Origin: Mobula hypostoma
Lineage: Eukaryota
Assembly: GCF_963921235.1 (NCBI RefSeq)
Contig: NC_086108.1
Location: 67,086,001-67,150,000, forward strand
Reading direction: 5' to 3'
Length of the DNA: 64,000 bases
This document shows, one piece after another, positions 51,761-64,000 of this stretch (the first letter of the stretch is position 1; each line of letters starts with the position of its first letter). The translations under genes and the position numbers were made by a program. Under the pieces are notes generated by a model, which was given only the letters and a program-made list of their open reading frames with translations, did not search any database and was not told the DNA's origin.

Positions 51761-52924
51761 ACTTCCTCTGCTGTCTACAAATGTTTATATTTCTTGGTTT
51801 ATCAAAAGTCTTTGAGGAATAAAGGTTCAAATCACTAATAATTATTAAGTGACTGCAGACTTAAAGACGTCCATACTTTTGTCTTATGTTAAGTAACTGT
51901 TACCTGATGTTAAAACTGTAGATTATGATTGAATAGAAAACCATAATAATATGTAAAAACTAGGCTCTCATTTAAAATCCCTGGTGTATAAATTATTGTA
52001 ATAGGGACAAATAAATTGTTGACTGGATAATGAGCAGGTTAAGTTGTTTTAACAAATACTGTCAATGATATATTATTATTCATAGAGCCATATAAAACTG
52101 CACTTGATAGGATTTGTTTATTCAAATTTCATACAGGAGGGTTTGAAAATGCTTTTTGAAATGTCATTAATAAAACATACCAGTATTTTTGAAATTGTGT
52201 TTTTTTTCCCAATTTCCACTCTTCTGATGTTACTAGCCCTCTCAATAATGTGGTTTCATGGATACCAGTCACGCTGTTGTATTTCAATGCACAGTCCCGT
52301 CATAGGCTAACTTGATGATAAGGGTTTTCTATTTAATAAAAAGCCAATTGGCATAAACTTAAATATTTGTAATGTTTTTTTAAAATCTTATAACTTTAAG
52401 GTCTTAAAATGATAACCTTTTTCTTATTTTAGGATCAATGATACTTATTTCAAAATGATAAAAGGTTATCATTTGGGCATTAAGATGGCAAGGCTTTATC
52501 CAAGGTTTTTCAATCACATTGGATAGAACCTTGCATCATTGGTCTAATTCAACTGAGCTGTTGATCACCATAAGCATTGAGGAGTATTCAGAGGATTACA
52601 AGTTCACAATGTGAAAGCAGAGCAAAACAAATACAGTTATTTTTGTAAAGTGAAATGGTGTATTTTGGGTTGGAGGTTATTACCACTGGTTTAAAACCAG
52701 TGAGGGAAAAGGTTTAAAACCATCATCGATATGCCAGAGCCTGAAAATATAGCAGAGCGAAGATGATCCCTAGAGGGAATGCAGTATAACAGATAATTCC
52801 TTCCATAGCTTTAATGTTGCTTCAACCATCACTTCTTCAAGAAAGAACATGAAATAGATGTGTGGAAAATGGCACATATGATCAATGCAAGAAGAAGTTA
52901 ACTAGTGAAGTCTTTCTCACCTGA

Positions 52925-54414
52925 AGGCCTGAAGACCTGCGCTGATCAGCTGACTCCATCTTTACATGGATCTTCAATAGATCACTGGAGCTGTGTGAAG
53001 TCCCTCATTGCTTCAAGCGCTCTATTATCATTCCAGTCTCTAAGAAACCCACTATCAAGGGACTAAATAACTACAGGCCTGTTGGCTTGACATCTGTGGT
53101 AATGAAGTCCTTTGAGAGACTAGTGTTGGCTCACCTGAAGGACATCACAGGCCCCCTGCTGGACTCCCTGCAGTTTGCTTATCGGGCAAATAGGTCAGTG
53201 GATGATGCAGTCAACATGGGACTGCATTACATACTACAACACCTCGACAACCCAGGGACTTCTGCGAGGGTCCTGTTTGTTGTCTTCAGCTCGGCGTTCA
53301 ACACCATCATCCCAGAAATCCTCCACTCCAAACTCACCCAGCTCACTGTCTCCCCCGCCATCTGTCACTGAATCACAAGCTTCCTGACTGACAGGGTGCA
53401 GCGTGTGAGGCTGGGGAGCATCATTTCTAGCACCCAGACAATCAGTACCGGTGCCCCCCAGGGATGTGTGCTCTCCCCACTGCTCTTCTCCCTTTACACT
53501 AATGACTGCACCTCACAGGATCCATCTGTTCAACTCCTGAAGTTTGCAGATGACACAACTGTCATTGGCCTTATCCAAGACAGTGTTGAGTCTGTGTACA
53601 GATGGGTGGTGGAACGGCTGGCCCTCTGGTGTGGTCAGAACAATCTGGAGCTAAATACACTCAAGACTGTGGAGATGACAGTGGACTTCAGGAGGAGCCC
53701 CCCAGTACTCCCCCCACTCACTACACTCAACAGTATTGTGTCTGCTGTGGAGACCTTCAGGTTTCTGGGTGTCACAGTCTCCCAGGACCTGAAATGGACA
53801 TCCAACGCGGACACTCTTATCAAAAAGGCTCAGCAGAGGTTGTATTTCCTGCATCAACTCAGGAAGTACAACCTGCCTCAGGAGCTGCTGATTCAATTCT
53901 ATTCAGGAATAATCCAGTCTGTTCTCTGTTCGTCCATCACTGTCTGGTTTGGATCAGCTACCAAACAAGACAAGAATAGACTCCAAAGAACCATTAGGGC
54001 TGCGGAAAGGATTATTGGTGTGAAGCTGCCCTTGATCCAGGATTTATATCATCTAGAGTCAGGAAGTGAGCAAGCAGCATCATTGTAGACCCATCACACC
54101 CTGGACATCACCTGTTCCAACTCCTTCCTTCTGGTAGGTGCTTTAGATCACTGTATGCCAGGACAAATAGGTACAAGAACAGTTTCTTTCCGTATGACAT
54201 CAGTCTTACGAACACTTGAATTTTAGTCTATTATAAGCCAAGTCCACCTGTACATACACAGGTATACCTCATTGTATATAGTTCACGATTACTTGCACTA
54301 TTGTTTTGTTTGCTTGTTGATTCTGTACAGCGAGAGCTCAGGGAAACCGGCACCAAATTTCCTGTACGTGTCCACATACTTGGCGATAAAAAAGGATTCT
54401 GATTCTGATTCTGA
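52925..54414 (+). mobile_element. Rex1-type LINE, 5'-truncated, well preserved RT
   Basis: LKTCADQL, NYRPVGLTSVVMKSFERL, LQFAYRANRSVDDA, TGAPQGCVLSPLLFSLYT, KFADDT and KAQQRLYFL. Ends in a (GATTCT)n tail. Confidence 0.95.
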
Positions 54415-54967
54415 TGCTTCACTCAAGTTGCATTTGACCGATGCTCTATCAAAAGCACTCTATGAATTTTGCTAGGCAGATACTTTAGTAGAAAAGCATA
54501 TATCACAACTTCTGATATAAGGCCTCCCCATCAGCCATACCTATTATGGCAACATCAAAAGTGCAAGGTGAGCAATGCTTCTGTCACCATGTGACTGTAC
54601 AATAAAATACAATAGTTCTGAGGAGAGTGATTCATGGACTACATGAACTCTCAAGTTGGAAGTGAAATGTGATCCACACATTAAATTACTTTCCCAGTAA
54701 TTAGCTGAAGTCATAAACAAAGCTCAAAAAGCAGTGTTGAAAATATGAATGAGCAAAGACTGAAAGGATGGACTGAAATTGACCTTTAGGCTGACCATTT
54801 CACAATTGGAGCAATGAATTGTCATGTGAGTAGGTGTGTATTGAGTGGATTCATAAAGTGGTAATATCTACAGTTTAGAGAAAACGATTTTGGACGAGCT
54901 TCATAATGAGCACACAGGAATTATTACTGTGGCAGGAGGTGCAAGAGGCTTGATTTACCAGCAAATC

Positions 54968-55162
54968 ATAAACACAAGAGATTCTACTGATGCTGGAAAT
55001 CCTAAGAAACACACAGAAAATGCTGGAGGAACTCAGCAGGACAGACAGTAACTATAAATAAACAAGTCTTAATGAAGGGCCTCAGCCTGAAACATCAAGT
55101 TTATTTAATTTCCATTGATGCTGCCTGACCTGCTGAATTCCTGCAACATCTTGTGTGTGTTG
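54968..55162 (-). mobile_element. Older miniature inverted PLE insertion
   Basis: A reverse-complement 3' end (54968-55055) is joined to a plus-strand arm with a degenerate HHR (ttaatgaagggcctcagcctgaaac). Confidence 0.7.
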
Positions 55163-55239
55163 ATATACCACCTCTCCTTAGCCTCAAATAAGCAGATGCA
55201 GTGTTTCCAAAGATGTAAGAGCAACCTAATATTACTTTT

Positions 55240-57107
55240 GAATCTCCTCCATCGAGCGGAACTTGACCTCACTCTTACTAATTTCTCTCTTGGCTCCTCC
55301 CACTTCCCTCAAACAAAAGGTGTAGCCATGGGTATTTGCATTGGTCTCAGCTATGCCTGCCTTTTTGTTGGCTATGTGGAACAGTCTATGCTCCAAGACT
55401 AAACTGGTGCCTGTTCCCACTTTTCCTACACTACATCGACGACTGCATTGCTACTGCTTCCTGCAGCCATGTGGAGTTCGTCAACTACATAAACTTCGCC
55501 CCCAATTTCCACCCTGCCCACAAATTTACCTGGTCCATTTCTAAACCTCCTTCCCCTTTCTCGATCTCTCTGGAGACAACTTATCTATTGATGTCTATTA
55601 TAAACCCATGCACTCTCACAGCTACCTGGACTATAACTCCCCCAACCCCGTTACCTGTAAAAATGCCATCCGCTTCTCTCAATTCCTCCATCTCTGCCTC
55701 ATGGGCCCTCAGGTTAAGGCTTTTCATTCCAGAATGAAGGAGATGTCCTCCTTTTTCAAAGAAAGGGGCTTCCTTCCTCCATCAACAAGTCTGCACTCAA
55801 CCTCATCTTTTCCATTTCACACGTCTGCTCATACCCCACCCTCCTGCTACCCTACTACGGATAGGGTTCCTCTTGTTCTCATTTTTCATTTTAAAAATCT
55901 TTTTTATTAATTATTATTAAAGATCAACAAAAATATTAAGGTAATCAAGTCAACGTGTCAATACGTACAATGAAGACTTAAATTACCAAATAACTGGTTA
56001 ACAAAACTAAACAATATATCAATAATAATAATAAAAAATAAAGTGTTAAGAATACTTTTTGAGGGAAAAAAAGAAGGGAAAAAAGAGAACCCCTACTAGC
56101 TACTAACCCCTACTCACTTACCACCCCACTAGCCTTCGCGGCCAGCACATAATTCTTCTCGGTAGCTTCCACCATTTCGAATGGGATCCCACCACCAAGC
56201 ACATCTTTCCTTCCCCCAACTTTCTGCTTTCTGCAGGGATCGCTAGCTACACGACTCCCTTGTCCATTCATACCTCCCACTGATCTCCCTCCTGGCACTT
56301 ATCCTTTCATGTGGAACAAATGCTACACCAGCCCCTACACCTCCTCCCTCACTACCATTCAGGGCCCTAAAACAGTCCTTCCAGATGAGGCAACACTTCA
56401 CCTGTGAGTCCTTTGGGGTCATACACTGTGTCCGGTGCTCCCGGCGTGGCCTCCTGTACATCGGAGAGGCCCGATGTAGATTGGGAGACCGCTTCATCGA
56501 GCACCTACGTTCCATCTGCCAGAAGAAGCAGGATCTCTCAGTGGCCACCCATTCCTATTCCGATATGTCTATCCATGGCCTCCTCTACTGTCATGATGAG
56601 GCCACACTTAGGATAGAGGAACTACACCTTATATTCCGTCTAGGTAGCCTCCATCCTGATTGCATGAGCATTGATTTCTCGAACTTCGGTTAACACTCCC
56701 CCACCCCCTTCCTGCACCATTCCCCATCCCCTTTTCCTTCTCTCACCTTATCTCCTTGTCTGCCCACTGACTCCCTCTGGTGCTCCTCTCTCTCTTTCAT
56801 GGATTTCTGTCATCTCCGATAAGATACCCCCTTTTCCAGCCCTGTATTTCTTTCTCCAATCAATTTTTCAGTACTTTACTTTACCCATCCCCCTCCTGGT
56901 TTCACCTATAACCTTATGCTTCTCCCTCCCCTCCCCCCACCTTTTAAATCTACTTCTCATCTCTTTTTTTTCTCCAGCCCTGCTGAAGGGTTTTGGCCTA
57001 AAACATCAACTGTACTCTTTTCCATAGATGCTGCCTGGCTTACTGAGTTCCTCCAGCATTTTGTGTGTGTTGCTTGGATTTCCAGCATCTGCAGATTGTC
57101 TCTTGTT
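55240..57107 (+). mobile_element. Penelope-like element (RT 3' half, GIY-YIG and pLTR), decayed, with an AT-rich insertion at about 55881-56112
   Basis: Peptides QTKGVAMG, HYIDD and VIHCVRCSRRGLLYIGE. Ends in the tttccagcatctgcaga tail. Confidence 0.9.
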
Positions 57108-58363
57108 TCTTTTTGAATCATTGTAATGGCATACTAAGCCTATTCAGAGGTAAATGGAAATGTTTGTGTACAAGGCGACTGATAGTCAATCAAAGTGAAT
57201 TGAAATTAAACACATTCATTCATATACAAATGCCAAACTTACTTTAGATGCGATGAAGTCTATATGTACACGTCCTACTGTATTCAAAGAGCTCATTTTC
57301 AACAACAATCCCCAGTTCTGATTAATTCTCTTTGGACATTTTATGGGGTGCAGTGGTAACAAACTAACTCATGTTCTTTCATGCCATCTGGCTTCGGATA
57401 GAATGGCTGAGAGGGTAATCACAGTAGTTAACGAAAGTCTCAAGAAGCAAGTATTGCAAGGATATACAAAACTCAAAGTTCAAAGTTCAAAACTCAGCAT
57501 GAGAAATCATAGGGGTAGCTTCTTGGTTCAGAACACTCCTTACATTACTATGGGAAATACAGCATGGAACTTGATGAAAACTGAGAACAGGTCTTGTTTC
57601 AAGCAAATTTAGCTTCTGTAAGTTGAATAGAAGCAGCTGAGTCTCAATGACACTAAGCAGAGGAATCTGTGTGCAAGATAAAAAGCACTGTTTCTAGCCT
57701 ACCTAACAAGTTGGTATCACAGAAGAAAATACCAAAGTAAAGACTAACAGAACCAAAAATACTTGATTGAAGATGCTAACAGAACTTAGTGTTTTTGTGG
57801 ATGAAATCATAGTTACTATAGATAAACCCAGTCTGCATGATTAACCAATTTACCACAAAACTGTTTGTGTTGGACTTTAGAAAGCAACAAATCAAACCTA
57901 GACAAGTCTGTCAGAAATGGAGCAGCTCTCCACATTGAAATGCAGAATCAATAGTCCAAAAATCGATTTAATATCAAAACAAGGAAGTAAATCAGAAAGT
58001 GTTTGAAAACCAGTTACTAGACTAGTTCTTGTCCATTAAATGTGTGTATTAATAAACTACCTGTATCTCATCTTTGAAAACTTAAAGCAGGATTGACAAA
58101 GTATTTTCCCTTTTTTAAAAAAGGAGAATCAGCCTATAGTATTTTTAATAAATGATATACTGTTTCCACGTGCATTCATTCTGTGTATATACAGTACAGA
58201 CTGCAGGAAGGGCCTGAAGTCTCTCAGATCAGCACAGAACGTGATAATGAGAGATGAACAAGAAGGAAAAGGGTCAGTTCAAGCTGCAGGTGAATCCCAG
58301 TTAATCCCTATCTGAATGAACTTCCAAACTGAATTCTCCTACAATTGCTGAAGAAATTGGTAT

Positions 58364-58443
58364 TGTTGTGTCTGTGCAACTACATATCAATTAAATAAAA
58401 AACATGCATATGGAAGGTGGCTTTAATGGGTGTATTTACATTG

Positions 58444-58475
<32 letters not shown>

Positions 58476-60507
58476 ACAGCACATATACATAGACAATGGA
58501 TCAATGCGTATACGTAGACAACAGATGAATACACATGCATAGACAACAGTCCATATGTAGTGCTAAGTGAGGTCATTGCTCTAAAAGAAATCGATCCATA
58601 CATTACACTTCCTCCCTCTTTAGATTATGTGAATGGCTCTGGCCTTCCCTTTCTTGATCACAGGGACGATGGGCATTGCCCAAGCACTCCACTCAACCTT
58701 GGAGAGAATTCCAAACACCTCTAAGCTCTGAGGTTCAGCATCCACTTTAGGACATAGTGAGTAAGGCACTGGACATGCGTTATGGAATCTTGATGTTGCT
58801 ACTTCATCCAGTAAAATTCTGGCCTTCATGCCTTTGAGTTTAATACCCTTCTCAAACACCCTCTCTTTAGCATTAAGTAGCTGTGACAGTCTGTGGTTAG
58901 TGCTACCATTTGGGCCGCAGTTGCCTGTTGATGACACATTGAGAGCTTTGATCGAGTGCCAGTCTAGTTGGATTTTTCTCAAACATTCATATCTGAAAAG
59001 TGCTGGGCCCCCCCCCCCCCACTTTACAATACATACAGCTCTAACTGTTGTGTTTGGCCTCCATTTGTCACATTCACTTTCAGTTTGCCTTTGGGAGACA
59101 CATTTTCACCTGTGTAGGTCTTCTCTAATGGTAGCTTAGAAAACAGTCTATTGTGGTCAGTCTCTGAAATTATAGGTAAAGCTGACCCTGTGTCTAGTTC
59201 CATTTTCAGTTTTACGCCAGGCACATTTATTGTGATCAACATGATATTGTGATCTGCATCAGTAAATACTATGCAGTTCTAGGCATGACAGCTCACCTTT
59301 GTCAGACTCTGTGTTGACTGATTCAGTTTCACATTTGGTCACTTCATGCACTTGCGTTTGAAACTTTTCACTCGGCTGTGCTTTTTGTCTGCCTTGCAGA
59401 CTCTCACTTTATGACCTTGACTGTGGTACTTTCCGCAAACTTTCTCTATGAACCAACAGTCATTTGCATCATGGAAGGATTTGCCACATTGATAACATTT
59501 TTGGCCTTTTGCGCCATTCAGGGACAATTTGTGCATTTCACATTCTAATCTCTTTTTCTGTAGATCTGCTGCATCCCTTGCTGCAGTCTCTAACAATATT
59601 GCAATGGTCAATGCCCATTCTAAGTTTAGGTCTCTTTTTGACAGTCGCCTCTTTTGAGTGTTTTGATTATGCATGCCACATACGAGCCTGTCCCTTAATA
59701 CATCAGAAAGTCCATCTCTAAAGTCATGGCACTGGGAAAGTTTGCATACTTCTGCAATGTATTCAAAAATGCTTTCATCCTACTGCCTGGCCTGCTGTGT
59801 TCCTCTAGCATTTTGTGCCTGTTGCTTGGATTTCCAGCATCTGTAGATTTTCTTTAGCTTTCATCCTTTGACTGGTTCCTTTTGTAAAATCTAAATCTCT
59901 CAGCTATTACCAACGGTTCAGGGCTGAAGTGATCTTATAAAATTGTAACAGTTTTGTTGAACACCTTGCTTGCTGGCTTTTCAGGGGTTACTATATAGTG
60001 TAAAAGACTGTCCGTCTTAGCATCCATTAAGCTATGAAGAGTGGGGGCATTCTTTTGCTCATCCACATCGTTCACTTTACAATATAGTTCAACCCTCTTG
60101 ATATACAACTCCCAGCCTTTATTAGCACTACTAAATTCATCAACTTTCCCCACTAAAGCCAACACCACGTTTCACTGTGTATTATGCAGCTATTCACACG
60201 TCCCTTTCTTAACGTTCATGACAGCCTACTCTGTACTGTTTAACTCTTTCCTCTCGCTGTTTCGTTCCGTAACTGTTGGTGCAGATAATGATATTTTCTG
60301 TCATTCAGGTTCGTATTCATCACCAATTTGTTGTGTCTGTGCAACTACATATCAATTAAATAAAAACACGCACATGGGTGATGACTTTAAGGGTGTATGC
60401 ACATTGCATCGAGAGGGAGAGAGAGAGAGAAAGAAAGAGAGAGAGAGAACAAGGTACATGTATAGCCAACAGCCATTACTCTAAAAGAAATACATCCATT
60501 CATTACA
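58364..60507 (-). mobile_element. Complete non-autonomous Gypsy-type LTR element (gag and protease only)
   Basis: LTRs 58364-58607 and 60329-60507 (TGTAATG...CACAACA on minus). PBS-like TGGTGATGAATACGA at 60311-60325. PPT AAAGAGGGAGGAAG at 58608-58621. Flanks ggtat/gttat. gag knuckle CYQCGKSFHDANDC; protease MELDTGSA. Confidence 0.9.
59782..59856 (+). mobile_element. 75-bp PLE 3'-end insertion with 11-bp TSD inside gag
   Basis: TSD gctttcatcct at 59771-59781 and 59857-59867. The insert is ctgcctggcctgctg...tttccagcatctgtaga. Confidence 0.88.
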
Positions 60508-61704
60508 GTTATTGCTGCTTTTCTTGGATTTGCAGCCTGTCAAAATGTGATCATTGTATTGGCATCTGAAACACTTGGCTATTCCAAACTGATATAACTG
60601 TGGAATTTAATTCCATTAGAATAGTACCAACTGATAGCAAATGGTTGGCACTAGTACTCTGGATTTTCATTTGGATCCTTGTACTTTGCTACAGCACTCT
60701 ACTGAGAAATGGGATTATATCAGTCACCAATGGTGGACAAGATTCTCTGGTATTCTTGGTTACCACTTTTATTGATACAATAATTTTGCATGTAAGTTCA
60801 AAATGTCATGTTTTCCATGATTAATATTTTAGATTAAATCTATTCATCAATAAGGGCATTCACATAATGTACACACTGCATAAGGTTTAATTCTGCAAAT
60901 GTACTAAAATTGCAATGCATGGATAAATTTATTTAATGTAACAATTTATTTGCTATTTGCTTCACTCTGATTCCACTTCCTTGTCCCTAGCCTATAGCTT
61001 TCAGCGATTTCTAATGGTTTTAGATTGAAAGAAACTGCCATTTCTGCACAACTTCAATCAATATGCATGGTAGAAGAAAATCTGCCAGCACATCGGATGT
61101 TTCTGGCCCAAGTTCCATCAGGAACATTGATATGTGCTCCCACAACATTTATTTCATCAAAATATTACTCACTTCAAAAGGTTATGCCCAATTATTTGAC
61201 ACTTTTGTTATTCAAACTTTGGTCATGCACCTTATGTTTCCTAATATTGCTGCCATTTTACCCCATGTTTGTGATATTCCAATACATTGTCCCCACCACT
61301 GTGACTTGCCTAGTTATGTGTTCTTGTCAGCGTATGTTGAAGCCCACAAAAAGTAGTATTCTGTGAAATGATCACAGTAAAATACCATGAATAATCACTT
61401 AAAGTGCAACAAACTGTGCCTGCCAACTAAGTGTCAACGATATCCTTCAATAATCCGAAAGGAAAACAACTCATTTTTCTCATTCTTTTTCCCCATTTAT
61501 AATGGATTCAATATACATATCCCTAAAAGAGGCAGTAGCATATTTTCAAAGCAGAACATTTTGTGGAATCCTTCAGTATTGATATTCTTCTGGCAAAAAC
61601 TTCTGTTGATCTAAAATCGTTTACTTAACCATAATTATAGCTTAGCTAACATTTTGGCCCTGGAATAAAAACTAACTGTTTCTCTGGGACTGTGAAATTC
61701 AAAG

Positions 61705-62080
61705 CATCATCCGTTCGTTATGTGCCTTGTCATGTGATGTGGGCGATCATGGTCTGTCTATCACCATGATTGTTCTTGGCAAATTTTTCTGCAGAAGCGG
61801 TTTTCCATTGCCTTCTTCTGAACAGTTTATTTACATGATGGGTTACCCCAGCCATTATCAATACACTTCAAAGATTGCCTGCAAAAGCAAGATTGGTGAT
61901 ATACACCAGCTTATAATATGACCATCTACCACCTGCTCCCATGGCTTCACATGACATTGATTGGGGGACTAAGCAGGTGCCACACTTTGCCAAAGAGCGA
62001 CCTTGGGCTAGTAGAAGGAAGGAGTGCCTTACACTTCATGCTTCAGATTGGGGTTCAGACGTATCTCCACCCCGACACCT
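61705..62080 (-). mobile_element. Probable SINE with an RTE-like tail
   Basis: The minus strand has ggcaatggaaaaccgcttc...aatttgccaagaacaatcatgg...cacataacgaacgg, resembling RTE-type 3' ends. Recognised by eye only. Confidence 0.4.
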
Positions 62081-62449
62081 CATTTCAAAACATAAAGGAT
62101 TTAAAACAATGTTTTTTATAAAGCTATTAGAATATTTCAGCTTCACTTTAATGATATGTTTGATCTAATTTTATTTTACACAGTTATAACAGTAATTAAA
62201 ATATCTCCAGGTTAGTTTCTACAAGCATGGTTCAGTAGGATTGACTGCTCAGCCATCTTGATGACTTCACTGTTCCTAAATGTCACGGATCCATCTTGAA
62301 GAATTAGTTGTCAACAAAGTGTGTTGGAAAATAAGAAATCTGTACCACAGGAATCCCTTCACCAATGACAAAAAAAAATCCAGAGAGATTTCACAATGGA
62401 GAAATGGACATTTTCTGAAAGCTAAAGCTTACCTTTCTTGTTTACAAGA

Positions 62450-62611
62450 TTTGTTTTTCTCTCTCTCTCTACACACTGGCGTTTGATAGTCTTCATTTGC
62501 TTTAATGGGCTCTATTGTGTTTCTTCGTTTTGTGGCTGCCTGTAAGGAGACGAATCTCAAGGTTGTATAAAGCATACATTGATAATAAAAGTACTTTGAA
62601 CTTTGAACTTG
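62450..62611 (+). mobile_element. Rex/Babar-like 3' tail fragment
   Basis: Reads gacgaatctcaaggttgtata...aataaaagtactttgaactttgaacttga, similar to 18140-18219. Confidence 0.6.
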
Positions 62612-64000
62612 AAGAAGAGAGGGTATGCATAAGAAAAGATAGAATAGGTGAATCTGAAGCAAGAGAGGAAAGGTCCATTTATAGGTGATATTCCCATAGT
62701 GAGTTTAAGGGCATCCCACTACTTTAAGAAGGCATTAGAATCTAACAATACCAATGCTAAACAGTTTGCTGTACTCACAAACATCTCTTGTCATTATATG
62801 TCCCACCCAGCCATTTAGCATTGAAAAGTGCCTTCTTTCACATCAAAGGTTTCTAGTACTAAAGCTCTTTTTTCTAGTGTCAGCTTTCAAGATTTGGTCA
62901 TATATTGAACTTTTGTTGGAAGGAAAAAGCGTTATATAAAGGTAGGATCAATTGTACTATATCTAGACAATGACTTTATTGAAGGAATATCTCTTCTTCA
63001 ATACAGTAAAAATGAAATTCCACTCATCATTGTCTCATATCCCTTGTTAAAGAGCTGCCTAGGAAATCTCTTCAGATTTACTGGGTTATTTGGTACAGAT
63101 AATCTATCTTTTGCCCTATTGAGTGATGTGAACACTACCCCAAGTCTGCATACATCCTGTGATGGTGACAAAGGGCATTATGCAATTAATTGAGGTGTCT
63201 TTTTAAAAAAAAAGTGAGCAGAATTGTTTGTGTCAGGCAATGCAAGATGTCAGTATAATCATGGATTTGCATGGTGTTTGGCGATGTCCATCATATCTCT
63301 GACACATAAAGGGTTAAATTAGAATCTGATCAGTAAGAAGGTGAGAGAAGACAGTATTTGTGGCAGGGGGTCTCTATGGGAAATTTACATTTACTTAGCT
63401 GCACTGTCTGCGTCTCTATCTGTAAGCTTTTGAGTGGTGAAGGCTGCACTGTTTACCTCAACCATCTCTCCACAAAATCTGATATTCTTTGTATCAGAGC
63501 TCCAACCCTAAGTCCCTGATTGTTTCCATCATATGGCCCCACTTGCAACCCCCAAATGGACCTCCATTGATTTGTTGGAAAACCTAGGTTCCTTTCCCGA
63601 TCCCCATCCTGTCGATTCTTCTGATTTTTCTTTTTAACTTTCATTCCCTCAAAGCACATCGTTCTTGGTGTAGCTTTTCAAATGAGGCATCACTGAACAT
63701 TCTCCCCTCCCTATGGCACTAGACCTCTTGAGAAGCAGTTAGATTTCTTCAAGACTGCGTGTATAGTTGATGTGGGTCGGGGAGCAAAATAGGGTAGCTT
63801 ATGTGAGTATATGTCATTCTCAACCCACAGTCAGCTTGGTATCGCAGGACAAGCTCGAATAAGATACAAATATCTTTTCCTGTCAGCTTTGCAGTTGTAC
63901 TTCAGGTAGTTTGCACTATTTTCAAAACTCTTTCAGCAAATTAGCAGAATAGAAGTCATTTTATGAATTTCTTAGGGAATAGCTTGGACAATCCTTAACC

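Larger units (their letters stand above)
52490..57620 (+). mobile_element. Very old Gypsy-type pol (RT end, RNase H, integrase) interrupted by Rex1 and PLE insertions
   Basis: Manual translation of decayed frames: VYFGLEVITTGLKPVREK..IIDMPEPEN (52650-52750), DASLKLHLTDA (54413), ILDELHNEHTGI (54890), and HLASDRMAERV plus QNTPYITMG (57385-57560). Confidence 0.7.

Noticed and set aside
58448..58560. (GA)n tract and short spaced repeats (tagacaa) resembling an array
   Set aside because: They are internal to an LTR, with irregular short units. This is not CRISPR-like, and the DNA is eukaryotic.
61025..61366. 113-aa hydrophobic ORF
   Set aside because: Non-ATG start, AT-rich composition and no recognisable domain.

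Overview
This is AT-rich eukaryotic genomic DNA made almost entirely of nested transposable elements. The repeat set (HE1/V-SINE-like and Deu-SINE-like elements, abundant CR1, Rex1/Babar and Penelope-like elements) suggests a cartilaginous fish, probably a ray; this is inference. I could not support any host protein-coding gene and saw only weak exon candidates. Main contents: (1) Neptune-type Penelope-like elements (PLEs: RT plus GIY-YIG). One is a very young, 5'-truncated copy at 22158-24928 with ~400-bp inverted pseudo-LTR arms, a 14-bp target-site duplication (TSD) and a minimal hammerhead ribozyme (HHR) in each arm. (2) A graded series of tiny TSD-flanked PLE derivatives (about 30-230 bp): hairpins carrying HHRs, and a solo 30-bp tail. 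Together they give an unusually clear view of the integration mechanism. (3) Three Gypsy-type LTR retrotransposons, including a complete ~2.1-kb gag-protease-only element with both LTRs, PBS and PPT. (4) A full-length decayed IR/DR Tc1 transposon, further Tc1 remnants and a Tigger/pogo-derived element split by nested insertions. (5) Many CR1 and Rex1/Babar LINE fragments and SINEs. Boundaries of old elements are approximate. TSD, terminal-repeat and HHR coordinates were read directly from the sequence.
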